Shown here in pieces: positions 12,721 to 25,400 of a stretch of 64,000 nucleotides of DNA. This DNA comes from Nemertoderma westbladi (lineage: Eukaryota > Animalia > Xenacoelomorpha). A program made the position numbers and the translations under genes. Below the pieces are notes generated by a model. The model saw only the letters and a program-made list of their open reading frames with translations, did no database searches and was not told the DNA's origin. Each line of letters begins with the position of its first letter. The first letter of the stretch is position 1. The stretch is from contig JAUCBJ010007446.1 in the NCBI GenBank assembly GCA_032718475.1, positions 1 to 64,000 of the forward strand, written 5' to 3'.

Positions 12721-12980
12721 GTGAGTAAACTTACAGATATTCACATAGGATTCACTGGTGAGTAAACTTACAGATATTCACATAGGATTCACTGGTGAGT
12801 AAACTTACAGATATTCACATAGGATTCACTGGTGAGTAAACTTACAGATATTCACATAGGATTCACTGGTGAGTAAACTTACAGATATTCACATAGGATT
12901 CACTGGTGAGTAAACTTACAGATATTCACATAGGATTCACTGGTGAGTAAACTTACAGATATTCACATAGGATTCACTGG
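12721..12980. repeat. Perfect 37-bp tandem repeat, 7 copies
   Basis: Unit gtgagtaaacttacagatattcacataggattcactg. Confidence 0.97.
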
Positions 12981-13341
12981 GATTAGATATTCAGCTGACG
13001 GGGTAATACATTTAGAAGGAAACTAAATTTATTATTTGGCTGTATTTGTTGTTATATTTATCTGGTTGTGAATTGATGGGCATTTTTTTATAAATATTCG
13101 GTAATCTTATATCTTGTAAATGTGCTTGATAATAAAATTATTTGCTTCATATTATATTTTTGTTAGTCGTAGCAAAGTTTAATTTCTTATTATGTGGGAC
13201 GAGCCACAAAGTCAGCTAGCCTCACACCTTACAGTTTCCCTTACAGTCTTACAGTTTAATAATGAACTTCTTCTCCAATGAAATTATTATCTTTTAAATT
13301 AACCCTATTTACTAAAAGCTTTCCGTTCATCCTCAGCTATT

Positions 13342-16300
13342 ACTCAAACTCTTACATCCCCTCTCTGGTGTACCAATCAAGGTGACTCAAACTCTTACAT
13401 CCCCTCTCTGGTGTACCAATCAAGGTGACTCAAACTCTTACATCCCCTCTCTGGTGTACCAATCAAGGTGACTCAAACTCGTACATCCCTCTCTGGTGTA
13501 CCAATCAAGGTGACTCAAACTCTTACATCCCCTCTCTGGTGTACCAATCAAGGTGACTCAAACTCTTACATCCCCTCTCTGGTGTACCAATCAAGGTGAC
13601 TCAAACTCTTACATCCCCTCTCTGGTGTACCAATCAAGGTGACTCAAACTCTTACATCCCCTCTCTGGTGTACCAATCAAGGTGACTCAAACTCTTACAT
13701 CCCCTCTCTGGTGTACCAATCAAGGTGACTCAAACTCTTACATCCCCTCTCTGGTGTACCAATCAAGGTGACTCAAACTCTTACATCCCCTCTCTGGTGT
13801 ACCAATCAAGGTGACTCAAACTCTTACATCCCCTCTCTGGTGTACCAATCATGGTGACTCAAACTCTTACATCCCCTCTCTGGTGTACCAATCAAGGTGA
13901 CTCAAACTCGTACATCCCCTCTCTGGTGTACCAATCAAGGTGACTCAAACTCGTACATCCCCTCTCTGGTGTACCAATCAAGGTGACTCAAACTCGTACA
14001 TCCCCGCTCTGGTGTACCAATCAAGGTGACTCAAACTCTTACATCCCCTCTCTGGTGTACCAATCAAGGTGACTCAAACTCTTACATCCCCTCTCTGGTG
14101 TACCAATCAAGGTGACTCAAACTCGTACATCCCCTCTCTGGTGTACCAATCAAGGTGACTCAAACTCGTACATCCCCTCTCTGGTGTACCAATCAAGGTG
14201 ACTCAAACTCGTACATCCCCTCTCTGGTGTACCAATCAAGGTGACTCAAACTCTTACATCCCCTCTCTGGTGTACCAATCAAGGTGACTCAAACTCGTAC
14301 ATCCCCTCTCTGGTGTACCAATCAAGGTGACTCAAACTCGTACATCCCCTCTCTGGTGTACCAATCAAGGTGACTCAAACTCGTACATCCCCTCTCTGGT
14401 GTACCAATCAAGGTGACTCAAACTCTTACATCCCCTCTCTGGTGTACCAATCAAGGTGACTCAAACTCTTACATCCCCTCTCTGGTGTACCAATCAAGGT
14501 GACTCAAACTCTTACATCCCCTCTCTGGTGTACCAATCAAGGTGACTCAAACTCGTACATCCCCTCTCTGGTGTACCAATCAAGGTGACTCAAACTCTTA
14601 CATCCCCTCTCTGGTGTACCAATCAAGGTGACTCAAACTCTTACATCCCCTCTCTGGTGTACCAATCAAGGTGACTCAAACTCTTACATCCCCTCTCTGG
14701 TGTACCAATCAAGGTGACTCAAACCCTTACATCCCATCTCTGGTGTACCAATCAAGGTGACTCAAACTCTTACATCCCCTCTCTGGTGTACCAATCAAGG
14801 TGACTCAAACTCGTACATCCCCTCTCTGGTGTACCAATCAAGGTGACTCAAACTCTTACATCCCCTCTCTGGTGTACCAATCAAGGTGACTCAAACTCTT
14901 ACATCCCCTCTCTGGTGTACCAATCAAGGTGACTAAAACTCGTACATCCCTCTCTGGTGTACCAATCAAGGTGACTCAAACTCGTACATCCCCTCTCTGG
15001 TGTACCAATCAAGGTGACTCAAACTCTTACATTCCCTCTCTGGTGTACCAATCAAGGTGACTCAAACTCTTACATCCCCTCTCTGGTGTACCAATCAAGG
15101 TGACTCAAACTCTTACATCCCCTCTCTGGTGTACCAATCAAGGTGACTCAAACTCTTACATCCCCTCTCTGGTGTACCAATCAAGGTGACTCAAACTCGT
15201 ACATCCCTCTCTGGTGTACCAATCAAGGTGACTCAAACTCGTACATCCCCTCTCTGGTGTACCAATCAAGGTGACTCAAACTCTTACATCCCCTCTCTGG
15301 TGTACAAATCAAGGTGACTCAAACTCTTACATCCCCTCTCTGGTGTACCAATCAAGGTGACTCAAACTCGTACATCCCTCTCTGGTGTACCAATCAAGGT
15401 GACTCAAACTCTTACATCCCCTCTCTGGTGTACCAATCAAGGTGACTCAAACTCTTACATCCCCTCTCTGGTGTACCAATCAAGGTGACTCAAACTCGTA
15501 CATCCCTCTCTGGTGTACCAATCAAGGTGACTCAAACTCATACATCCCCTCTCTGGTGTACCAATCAAGGTGACTCAAACTCTTACATCCCCTCTCTTGT
15601 GTACCAATCAAGGTGACTCAAACTCTTACAACCCCTCTCTGGTGTACCAATCAAGGTGACTCAAACTCTTACATCCCCTCTCTGGTGTACCAATCATGGT
15701 GACTCAAACTCTTACATCCCCTCTCTGGTGTACCAATCAAGGTGACTCAAACTCGTACATCCCCTCTCTGGTGTACCAATCAAGGTGACTCAAACTCGTA
15801 CATCCCCTCTCTGGTGTACCAATCAAGGTGACTCAAACTCGTACATCCCCGCTCTGGTGTACCAATCAAGGTGACTCAAACTCTTACATCCCCTCTCTGG
15901 TGTACCAATCAAGGTGACTCAAACTCTTACATCCCCTCTCTGGTGTACCAATCAAGGTGACTCAAACTCGTACATCCCCTCTCTGGTGTACCAATCAAGG
16001 TGACTCAAACTCGTACATCCCCTCTCTGGTGTACCAATCAAGGTGACTCAAACTCGTACATCCCCTCTCTGGTGTACCAATCAAGGTGACTCAAACTCTT
16101 ACATCCCCTCTCTGGTGTACCAATCAAGGTGACTCAAACTCGTACATCCCCTCTCTGGTGTACCAATCAAGGTGACTCAAACTCGTACATCCCCTCTCTG
16201 GTGTACCAATCAAGGTGACTCAAACTCCTCTGGTGTACCAATCAAGGTGACTCAAACTCTTACATCCCCTCTCTGGTGTACCAATCAAGGTGACTCAAAC

Positions 16301-18729
16301 TCTTACATCCCCTCTCTGGTGTACCAATCAAGGTGACTCAAACTCTTACATCCCCTCTCTGGTGTACCAATCAAGGTGACTCAAACTCGTACATCCCCTC
16401 TCTGGTGTACCAATCAAGGTGACTCAAACTCTTACATCCCCTCTCTGGTGTACCAATCAAGGTGACTCAAACTCTTACATCCCCTCTCTGGTGTACCAAT
16501 CAAGGTGACTCAAACTCTTACATCCCCTCTCTGGTGTACCAATCAAGGTGACTCAAACCCTTACATCCCATCTCTGGTGTACCAATCAAGGTGACTCAAA
16601 CTCTTACATCCCCTCTCTTGTGTACCAATCAAGGTGACTCAAACTCGTACATCCCCTCTCTGGTGTACCAATCAAGGTGACTCAAACTCTTACATCCCCT
16701 CTCTGGTGTACCAATCAAGGTGACTCAAACTCTTACATCCCCTCTCTGGTGTACCAATCAAGGTGACTAAAACTCGTACATCCCTCTCTGGTGTACCAAT
16801 CAAGGTGACTCAAACTCGTACATCCCCTCTCTGGTGTACCAATCAAGGTGACTCAAACTCTTACATCCCCTCTCTGGTGTACCAATCAAGGTGACTCAAA
16901 CTCTTACATCCCCTCTCTGGTGTACCAATCAAGGTGACTCAAACTCTTACATCCCCTCTCTGGTGTACCAATCAAGGTGACTCAAACTCTTACATCCCCT
17001 CTCTGGTGTACCAATCAAGGTGACTCAAACTCGTACATCCCTCTCTGGTGTACCAATCAAGGTGACTCAAACTCGTACATCCCCTCTCTGGTGTACCAAT
17101 CAAGGTGACTCAAACTCTTACATCCCCTCTCTGGTGTACCAATCAAGGTGACTCAAACTCTTACATCCCCTCTCTGGTGTACCAATCAAGGTGACTCAAA
17201 CTCGTACATCCCTCTCTGGTGTACCAATCAAGGTGACTCAAACTCTTACATCCCCTCTCTGGTGTACCAATCAAGGTGACTCAAACTCTTACATCCCCTC
17301 TCTGGTGTACCAATCAAGGTGACTCAAACTCGTACATCCCTCTCTGGTGTACCAATCAAGGTGACTCAAACTCATACATCCCCTCTCTGGTGTACCAATC
17401 AAGGTGACTCAAACTCTTACATCCCCTCTCTTGTGTACCAATCAAGGTGACTCAAACTCTTACAACCCCTCTCTGGTGTACCAATCAAGGTGACTCAAAC
17501 TCTTACATCCCCTCTCTGGTGTACCAATCAAGGTGACTCAAACTCTTACATCCCCTCTCTGGTGTACCAATCAAGGTGACTCAAACTCTTACAACCCCTC
17601 TCTGGTGTACCAATCAAGGTGACTCAAACTATTACATCCCCTCTCTGGTGTACCAATCAAGGTGACTCAAACTCTTACAACCCCTCTCTGGTGTACCAAT
17701 CAAGGTGACTCAAACTCTTACATCCCCTCTCTTGTGTACCAATCAAGGTGACTCAAACTCTTACAACCCCTCTCTGGTGTACCAATCAAGGTGACTCAAG
17801 CTCTTACATCCCCTCTCTGGTGTACCAATCAAGGTGACTCAAACTCTTACATCCCCTCTCTGGTGTACCAATCAAGGTGACTCAAACTCTTACATCCCCT
17901 CTCTGGTGTACCAATCAAGGTGACTCAAACTCTTACATCCCCTCTCTGGTGTACCAATCAAGGTGACTCAAACTCTTACATCCCCTCTCTGGTGTACCAA
18001 TCAAGGTGACTCAAACTCGTACATCCCCTCTCTGGTGTACCAATCAAGGTGACTCAAACTCTTACATCCCCTCTCTGGTTTACCAATCAAGGTGACTCAA
18101 ACTCTTACATCCCCTCTCTGGTGTACCAATCAAGGTGACTCAAACTCTTACATCCCCTCTCTGGTGTACCAATCAAGGTGACTCAAACTCTTACATCCCC
18201 TCTCTGGTGTACCAATCAAGGTGACTCAAACTCGTACATCCCCTCTCTGGTGTACCAATCAAGGTGACTCAAACTCTTACATCCCCTCTCTGGTGTACCA
18301 ATCAAGGTGACTCAAACTCTTACATCCCCTCTCTGGTGTACCAATCAAGGTGACTCAAACTCTTACATCCCCTCTCTGGTGTACCAATCAAGGTGACTCA
18401 AACTCTTACATCCCCTCTCTGGTGTACCAATCAAGGTGACTCAAACTCGTACATCCCCTCTCTGGTGTACCAATCAAGGTGACTCAAACTCTTACATCCC
18501 CTCTCTTGTGTACCAATCAAGGTGACTCAAACTCTTACAACCCCTCTCTGGTGTACCAATCAAGGTGACTCAAACTCTAACATCACCTCTCTGGTGTACC
18601 AATCAAGGTACCTCAAACTCGTACATCCCCTCTCTGGTGTACCAATCAAGGTGACTCAAACTCTTACATCACCTCTCTGGTGTACCAATCAAGGTGACTC
18701 AAACTCGTACATCCCCTCTCTGGTGTACC
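13342..18729. repeat. 43-bp satellite, ~125 copies, with a ~1.84-kb higher-order duplication
   Basis: Unit tcaaactc(t/g)tacatcccctctctggtgtaccaatcaaggtgac; rare variants recur at ~1.84-kb spacing. Confidence 0.97.
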
Positions 18730-19076
18730 GGATTTTTCAATTTTAAAAGTATTTAACTACAACAAGCCGTTAAAAACTTCGTATTCAGCAGTATTTAACC
18801 ATTGCTGTAGTTAAATTTTCATCATTCGAATATAATCTAGATATAACTCGAAACCGCATCTTCAGAAATCCTTCATCTGAAGATTCCGAATCTGAAAACC
18901 GTTTTAAATTTCACCAATAACTTGGAAGATATTATCAAATATTTGACACGAATATCGATATAATTATAATATTTTTTTACTCAAATCTAGAATATTAATT
19001 ACGCGAAATGAAGAGACAATATGGAGAGTTTTAAGCACTCAAAAAAGTAAAAAAAACAAGTAAAAGAGTTTATTTG

Positions 19077-20849
19077 CTACTTAAATACTAATAACTGATT
19101 GGAGTTTGGTAGAGAAACAATAAATCTTCTTCCTGAACCCCTGACGACTTCCACCATACCTCCGCAACTATCACCGATATCAACAGTTCCGAGAATCTTT
19201 ATCTTATTAACAGAATCAACTTCATTGACGGAATAGACCCCAATACAATATGTCCCGTCCTTCTCCATGGCAACAAGTCGGTAATAGTTGTTCCAGACCT
19301 TGAGTAGACCCAACCCACCAGTGGGCCTCCACGTTCCACAACCCATCGGATTGGATGAGGAATTCTGTATCCACGGGCTCCCTTCGTTAGATGGAACGTA
19401 GTGGTAATTAAACTCAGTCAGAGTTCGTTTAGTCGAGTCGTAGAAAGTGAAACAACCGCGTCCGCAACTCACAATCACTCCCGGATGTTCAATAAAACTT
19501 ACGTTCCTCACGACTAAACAGTCTAAACTGATAACAATAACGTGGTTACTCAATGTGACCACCAATCCAACATCGTTGTTCGGTCTCACATGAACGCCAG
19601 CAATAGATCCTACAGACTCACTTATCATTTTGTCTCTGTATAGACATAAATGAGTCACCTGGTCGCACAATTTGTCCCTATTTGTGACGTACAAACAGTG
19701 TTGAGTGGCAGCTACCCAATATTTTTTATAGCCTTGTAGATATCTGATTGGTTCGCCAGGGAACTGACAATCTATTGGTTCCTCGAGTTCTATTGGCTCA
19801 TCGTAATCCGATGATAATGACGACATTTCCTTGTCCATCTTGTAGAACATGAGTCTATGTCTGTAGACATCGATAACGCCGAGACGACCTTCCCAACCAC
19901 CGCCCACGGCACCGACTCTAGACACCCACAGTTTGCTGCAAGAGATCCTACAGGTTTCCGTTAATCTCGGTCGGAACATCAATGTCTTTTCGAACTGGTT
20001 TATCTTGAACTCACCAACCAACTCAACAATATCTACTAGCGCGTCTGTCTGAGCTCCAACACTTCTACTAGTTTTATCCTTTTCTATTAGCGATAAAACA
20101 TTCTCATGAATTTTCTTAGTATTTTTAATATCGTCTTCGGAAGCTTCATCATCTACTGTGTTGTCGGAACTTATAACAACATGACCTATAACTGTATCCA
20201 TCGCCTTCGCAGTTAAATTATCATCGATTCTTATGAACTTCATCTCAGGAGACTTGCTGAATTCAACTTTAGCTATATCCATAGCAATCACATCGATTCT
20301 CTCTATCAAACTTTTCGCAACTTCCAACTTCTTTATCAGTTCTAAATTGGTTAATTTGCAATAATATTCGGCTTCTTTACGAATATCCCTTTCTTTTAAA
20401 TATTCTTTAGTTTCTAATATTTTAGCTTTTGTATTTATGTGGAAATCATTGACTTTCTCTACCAACCTATGTTTCGCTAGTTTGATAATACTCTCTAAGT
20501 TACCAAAATGTTCTTCAATATCAGCTTTACAATCTTCTGTTACTTCGTTCAACTCCTGCAGTGCATCGTCAAGGTTCGTGACACGAGAGTTCAGCAGACT
20601 GCTGGCCTTCCCAGCACCTTCCCCTAGAGATTGACGGATATTTCCTCCAACACTGATTAGAGACACAACTTCTTTGCCTTTGTGACAATGCACACACACA
20701 ACTTCCCCACATTTCGAGCAGTAATACCGCTTCGCTCTTCGATGGGTCTGACATATATTTGGGTCCCAGACTCGAATTCGTCCTCGCGGACTCTCGAACA
20801 ATTCGTTGTCGCAACTTCCGGAATCGCTGGTACTTTCTTGGGAATCCAT
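19077..20849 (-). CDS. B-box / coiled-coil / divergent beta-propeller (TRIM-NHL-like) protein, single long exon, no RING seen
   Basis: 590-aa ORF. B-box2-like CQTHRRAKRYYCSKCGEVVCVHCHKG, helical coiled-coil region (~aa 80-190), C-terminal beta-strand-rich repeats ending RRFIVSLPNSNQLLVFK. A candidate acceptor (tatttag|TCG ATG) lies 3 nt before the ATG. Confidence 0.8.
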   Translation of the reverse strand: MDSQESTSDSGSCDNELFESPRGRIRVWDPNICQTHRRAKRYYCSKCGEVVCVHCHKGKEVVSLISVGGNIRQSLGEGAGKASSLLNSRVTNLDDALQELNEVTEDCKADIEEHFGNLESIIKLAKHRLVEKVNDFHINTKAKILETKEYLKERDIRKEAEYYCKLTNLELIKKLEVAKSLIERIDVIAMDIAKVEFSKSPEMKFIRIDDNLTAKAMDTVIGHVVISSDNTVDDEASEDDIKNTKKIHENVLSLIEKDKTSRSVGAQTDALVDIVELVGEFKINQFEKTLMFRPRLTETCRISCSKLWVSRVGAVGGGWEGRLGVIDVYRHRLMFYKMDKEMSSLSSDYDEPIELEEPIDCQFPGEPIRYLQGYKKYWVAATQHCLYVTNRDKLCDQVTHLCLYRDKMISESVGSIAGVHVRPNNDVGLVVTLSNHVIVISLDCLVVRNVSFIEHPGVIVSCGRGCFTFYDSTKRTLTEFNYHYVPSNEGSPWIQNSSSNPMGCGTWRPTGGLGLLKVWNNYYRLVAMEKDGTYCIGVYSVNEVDSVNKIKILGTVDIGDSCGGMVEVVRGSGRRFIVSLPNSNQLLVFK

Positions 20850-20899
20850 CGACTAAATAGTAAGTTGGTAGACATATAGAGAAGCAAATACAAGAGATA

Positions 20900-22005
20900 G
20901 CAAATACAGTGTACTTGGGAAGCTCATTGATATGGTATGGTAGACACATATAGAAATACAGTGTACTTGGGAAGCTCATTGATATGCTATGGTAGACACA
21001 TATACAAATACAGTGTACTTGGGAAGCTCATTGATATGCTATGGTAGACACATCAAGAAATACAGTGTACTTGGGAAGCTCATTGATATGCTATGGTAGA
21101 CACATAGATAAATACAGTGTACTTGGGAAGCTCATTGTTATGTTATGGTAGACACATAGAGAAATACAGTGTACTTGGGAAGCTCATTGATATGCTATGG
21201 TAGACACATCAAGAAATACAGTGTACTTGGGAAGCTCATTGATATGCTATGGTAGACACATAGATAAATACAGTGTACTTGGGAAGCTCATTGTTATGTT
21301 ATGGTAGACACATAGAGAAATACAGTGTACTTGGGAAGCTCATTGATATGCTATGGTAGACACATAGAGAAATACAGTGTACTTAGGAAGCTCATTGATA
21401 TGATATGGTAGACACATAGATAAATACAGTGTACTTGGGAAGCTCATTGCATTGTAACAGGTAGACACATAGAGAAATACAGTTTACTTGGGAAGCTCAT
21501 TGATATGTTATGGTAGACACATAGATAAATACAGTGTACTTGAGAAGCTCATTGATATGCTATGGTAGACGCATCAAGAAATACAGTGTACTTGGGAAGC
21601 TCATTGATATACTATGGTAGACACATAGATAAATACAGTGTACTTGGGAAGCTCATTGCATTGTAACAGGTAGACACATAGAGAAATACAGTGTACTTGG
21701 TAAGCTCATTGATATGTTATGGTAGACACATAGAGAAATACAGTGTACTTGGGAAGCTCATTGATATGCTATGGTACACACATAGAAATACAGTGTACTT
21801 GGGAAGCTCATTGATATGCTATGGTAGACACATATAGAAATACAGTGTACTTGAGAAGCTCATTGATATGCTATGGTACACACATAGAAATACAGTGTAC
21901 TTGGGAAGCTCATTGATATGCTATGGTAGACACATAGATAAATACAGTGTACTTGGGAAGCTCATTGATATGCTATGGTAGACACATATAGAAATACAGT
22001 GTACT
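20900..22005. repeat. 52-bp minisatellite, ~21 copies, immediately 5' of the B-box exon
   Basis: Unit tagacacatagagaaatacagtgtacttgggaagctcattgatatgctatgg. Confidence 0.96.
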
Positions 22006-22423
22006 GTAAGTATGATATTCTTCTCTAATGGTGTAATGTATTATTTTATAGTCGAAATATTTTTAAAAATGAAACCGTATTAAATTAAAGTGCTGTACAT
22101 AAGAGGTTTTAAACACATTAATTTGTATTGATGGAAAACAACTTTATTCAATTGGCAACACAATTATCACTGTATTTTGGCATCATCTAAGCTAATTAAT
22201 TATATTTCAAAGTTAATAGTAATAGTCTATAATCCCCAAGTTGAGATAATTATCAACTACAAGTTGTATAACTACATATTATCGATGAAACAAACAAATA
22301 TACCAAATGTAATCCATATAGTTTATTGTATACTATAATCCTATAGTTATAATGAGTTTCAACACGGGATAGGGTGAGGTGTTGCCATAATTTGGCAATT
22401 GATATTGTAGTGAATAGATTCTA

Positions 22424-25400
22424 GTTGTCCAGGATGATTAGAGCGTGGAGAGAAGGGACAGGGAGGTCGTCAGGTTGAGCTGTTAACTCTAAGGTACTAC
22501 CGGTAGCTTCAGCTCTGTCAGGTTGAGCTGTTAAGGTACTACCGGTAGCTTCAGCTCAGTCAGGTTGAACTGTTAACTCTAAGGTACTACCGGTAGCTTC
22601 AGCTCAGTCAGGTTGAGCTGTTAAGGTACTACCGGTAGCTTCAGCTCAGTCAGATTGAGCTGTTAACTCTAAGGTACTACCGGTAGCTTCAGCTCAGTCA
22701 GGTTGAACTGTTAACTCTAAGGTACTACCGGTAGCTTCAGCTCAGTCAGGTTGAGCTGTTAAGGTACTACCGGTAGCTTCAGCTCAGTCAGGTGTTGAGC
22801 TGTTAAGGTACTACCGGTAGCTTCAGCTCAGTCAGGTTGAACTGTTAACTCTAAGGTACTACCGGTAGCTTCAGCTCAGTCAGGTTGAGCTGTTAAGGTA
22901 CTACCGGTAGCTTCAGCTCAGTCAGATTGAGCTGTTAACTCTAAGGTACTACCGGTAGCTTCAGCTTAGTCAGGTTGAGCTGTTAAGGTACTACCGGTAG
23001 CTTCAGCTCTGTCAGGTTGAGCTGTTAAGGTACTACCGGTAGCTTCAGCTCAGTCAGGTTGAACTGTTAACTCTAAGGTACTACCGGTAGCTTCAGCTCA
23101 GTCAGGTTGAGCTGTTAAGGTACTACCGGTAGCTTCAGCTCAGTCAGGTTGAGCTGTTAACTCTAAGGTACTACCGGTAGCTTCAGCTCAGTCAGGTTGA
23201 GCTGTTAAGGTACTACCGGTAGCTTCAGCTCAGTCAGGTTGAGCTGTTAACTCTAAGGTACTACCGGTAGCTTCAGCTCAGTCAGGTTGAGCTGTTAAGG
23301 TACTACCGGTAGCTTCAGCTCAGTCAGGTTGAGCTGTTAACTCTAAGGTACTACCGGTAGCTTCAGCTCAGTCAGGTTGAGCTGTTAAGGTACTACCGGT
23401 AGCTTCAGCTCAGTCAGGTTGAGCTGTTAAATCTAAGGTACTACCGGTAGCTTCAGCTCAGTCAGGTTGAACTGTTAACTCTAAGGTACTACCGGTAGCT
23501 TCAGCTCAGTCAGGTTGAGCTGTTAAGGTACTACCGGTAGCTTCAGCTCAGTCAGGTTGAACTGTTAACTCTAAGGTACTACCGGTAGCTTCAGCTCAGT
23601 CAGGTTGAGCTGTTAAGGTACTACCGGTAGCTTCAGCTCAGTCAGGTTGAGCTGTTAAATCTAAGGTACTACCGGTAGCTTCAGCTCAGTCAGGTTGAGC
23701 TGTTAAGGTACTACCGGTAGCTTCAGCTCAGTCAGGTTGAGCTGTTAAATCTAAGGTACTACCGGTAGCTTCAGCTCAGTCAGGTTGAACTGTTAACTCT
23801 AAGGTACTACCGGTAGCTTCAGCTCAGTCAGGTTGAGCTGTTAAGGTACTACCGGTAGCTTCAGCTCAGTCAGATTGAGCTGTTAACTCTAAGGTACTAC
23901 CGGTAGCTTCAGCTCAGTCAGGTTTAGCTGTTAAGGTACTACCGGTAGCTTCAGCTCAGTCAGGTTGAGCTGTTAAGGTACTACCGGTAGCTTCAGCTCA
24001 GTCAGGTTGAGCTGTTAACTATAAGGTACTACCGGTAGCTTCAGCTCAGTCAGGTTTAGCTGTTAAGGTACTACCGGTAGCTTCAGCTCAGTCAGGTTGA
24101 GCTGTTAAGGTACTACCGGTAGCTTCAGCTCAGTCAGGTTGAGCTGTTAACTCTAAGGTACTACCGGTAGCTTCAGCTCAGTCAGGTTGAACTGTTAACT
24201 CTAAGGTACTACCGGTAGCTTCAGCTCAGTCAGGTTGAGCTGTTAACTCTAAGGTACTACCGGTAGCTTCAGCTCAGTCAGGTTGAGCTGTTAAGGTACT
24301 ACCGGTAGCTTCAGCTCAGTCAGGTTGAGCTGTTAACTCTAAGGTACTACCGGTAGCTTCAGCTTAGTCAGGTTGAGCTGTTAAGGTACTACCGGTAGCT
24401 TCAGCTCAGTCAGGTTGAGCTGTTAAGGTACTACCGGTAGCTTCAGCTCAGTCAGGTTGAGCTGTTAAGGTACTACCGGTAGCTTCAGCTCAGTCAGGTT
24501 GAGCTGTTAACTCTAAGGTACTACCGGTAGCTTCAGCTTAGTCAGGTTGAGCTGTTAAGGTACTACCGGTAGCTTCAGCTCAGTCAGGTTGAGCTGTTAA
24601 GGTACTACCGGTAGCTTCAGCTCAGTCAGATTGAGCTGTTAACTCTAAGGTACTACCGGTAGCTTCAGCTCAGTCAGGTTGAGCTGTTAAGGTACTACCG
24701 GTAGCTTCAGCTCAGTCAGGTTGAGCTGTTAACTCTAAGGTACTACCGGTAGCTTCAGCTCAGTCAGGTTGAGCTGTTAAGGTACTACCGGTAGCTTCAG
24801 CTCAGTCAGGTTGAGCTGTTAACTCTAAGGTACTACCGGTAGCTTCAGCTTAGTCAGGTTGAGCTGTTAAGGTACTACCGGTAGCTTCAGCTCAGTCAGG
24901 TAGAGCTGTTAAGGTACTACCGGTAGCTTCAGCTCAGTCAGGTTGAGCTGTTAACTCTAAGGTACTACCGGTAGCTTCAGCTTAGTCAGGTTGAGCTGTT
25001 AAGGTACTACCGGTAGCTTCAGCTCAGTCAGGTAGAGCTGTTAAGGTACTACCGGTAGCTTCAGCTCAGTCAGGTTGAGCTGTTAACTCTAAGGTACTAC
25101 CGGTAGCTTGAGCTCAGTCAGGTTGAGCTGTTAACTCTAAGGTACTACCGGTAGCTTGAGCTCAGTCAGGTTGAGCTGTTAAATCTAAGGTACTACCGGT
25201 AGCTTCAGCTCAGTCAGGTAGAGCTGTTAAGGTACTACCGGTAGCTTCAGCTCAGTCAGGTTGAGCTGTTAACTCTAAGGTACTACCGGTAGCTTCAGCT
25301 CAGTCAGGTTGAACTGTTAACTCTAAGGTACTACCGGTAGCTTGAGCTCAGTCAGGTTGAGCTGTTAACTCTAAGGTACTACCGGTAGCTTGAGCTCAGT

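Noticed and set aside
12160-13220. Possible non-autonomous Helitron/Helentron-like element
   Set aside because: Only vague cues (actc microrepeats, a hairpin before CTAG near 13215); boundaries cannot be supported.
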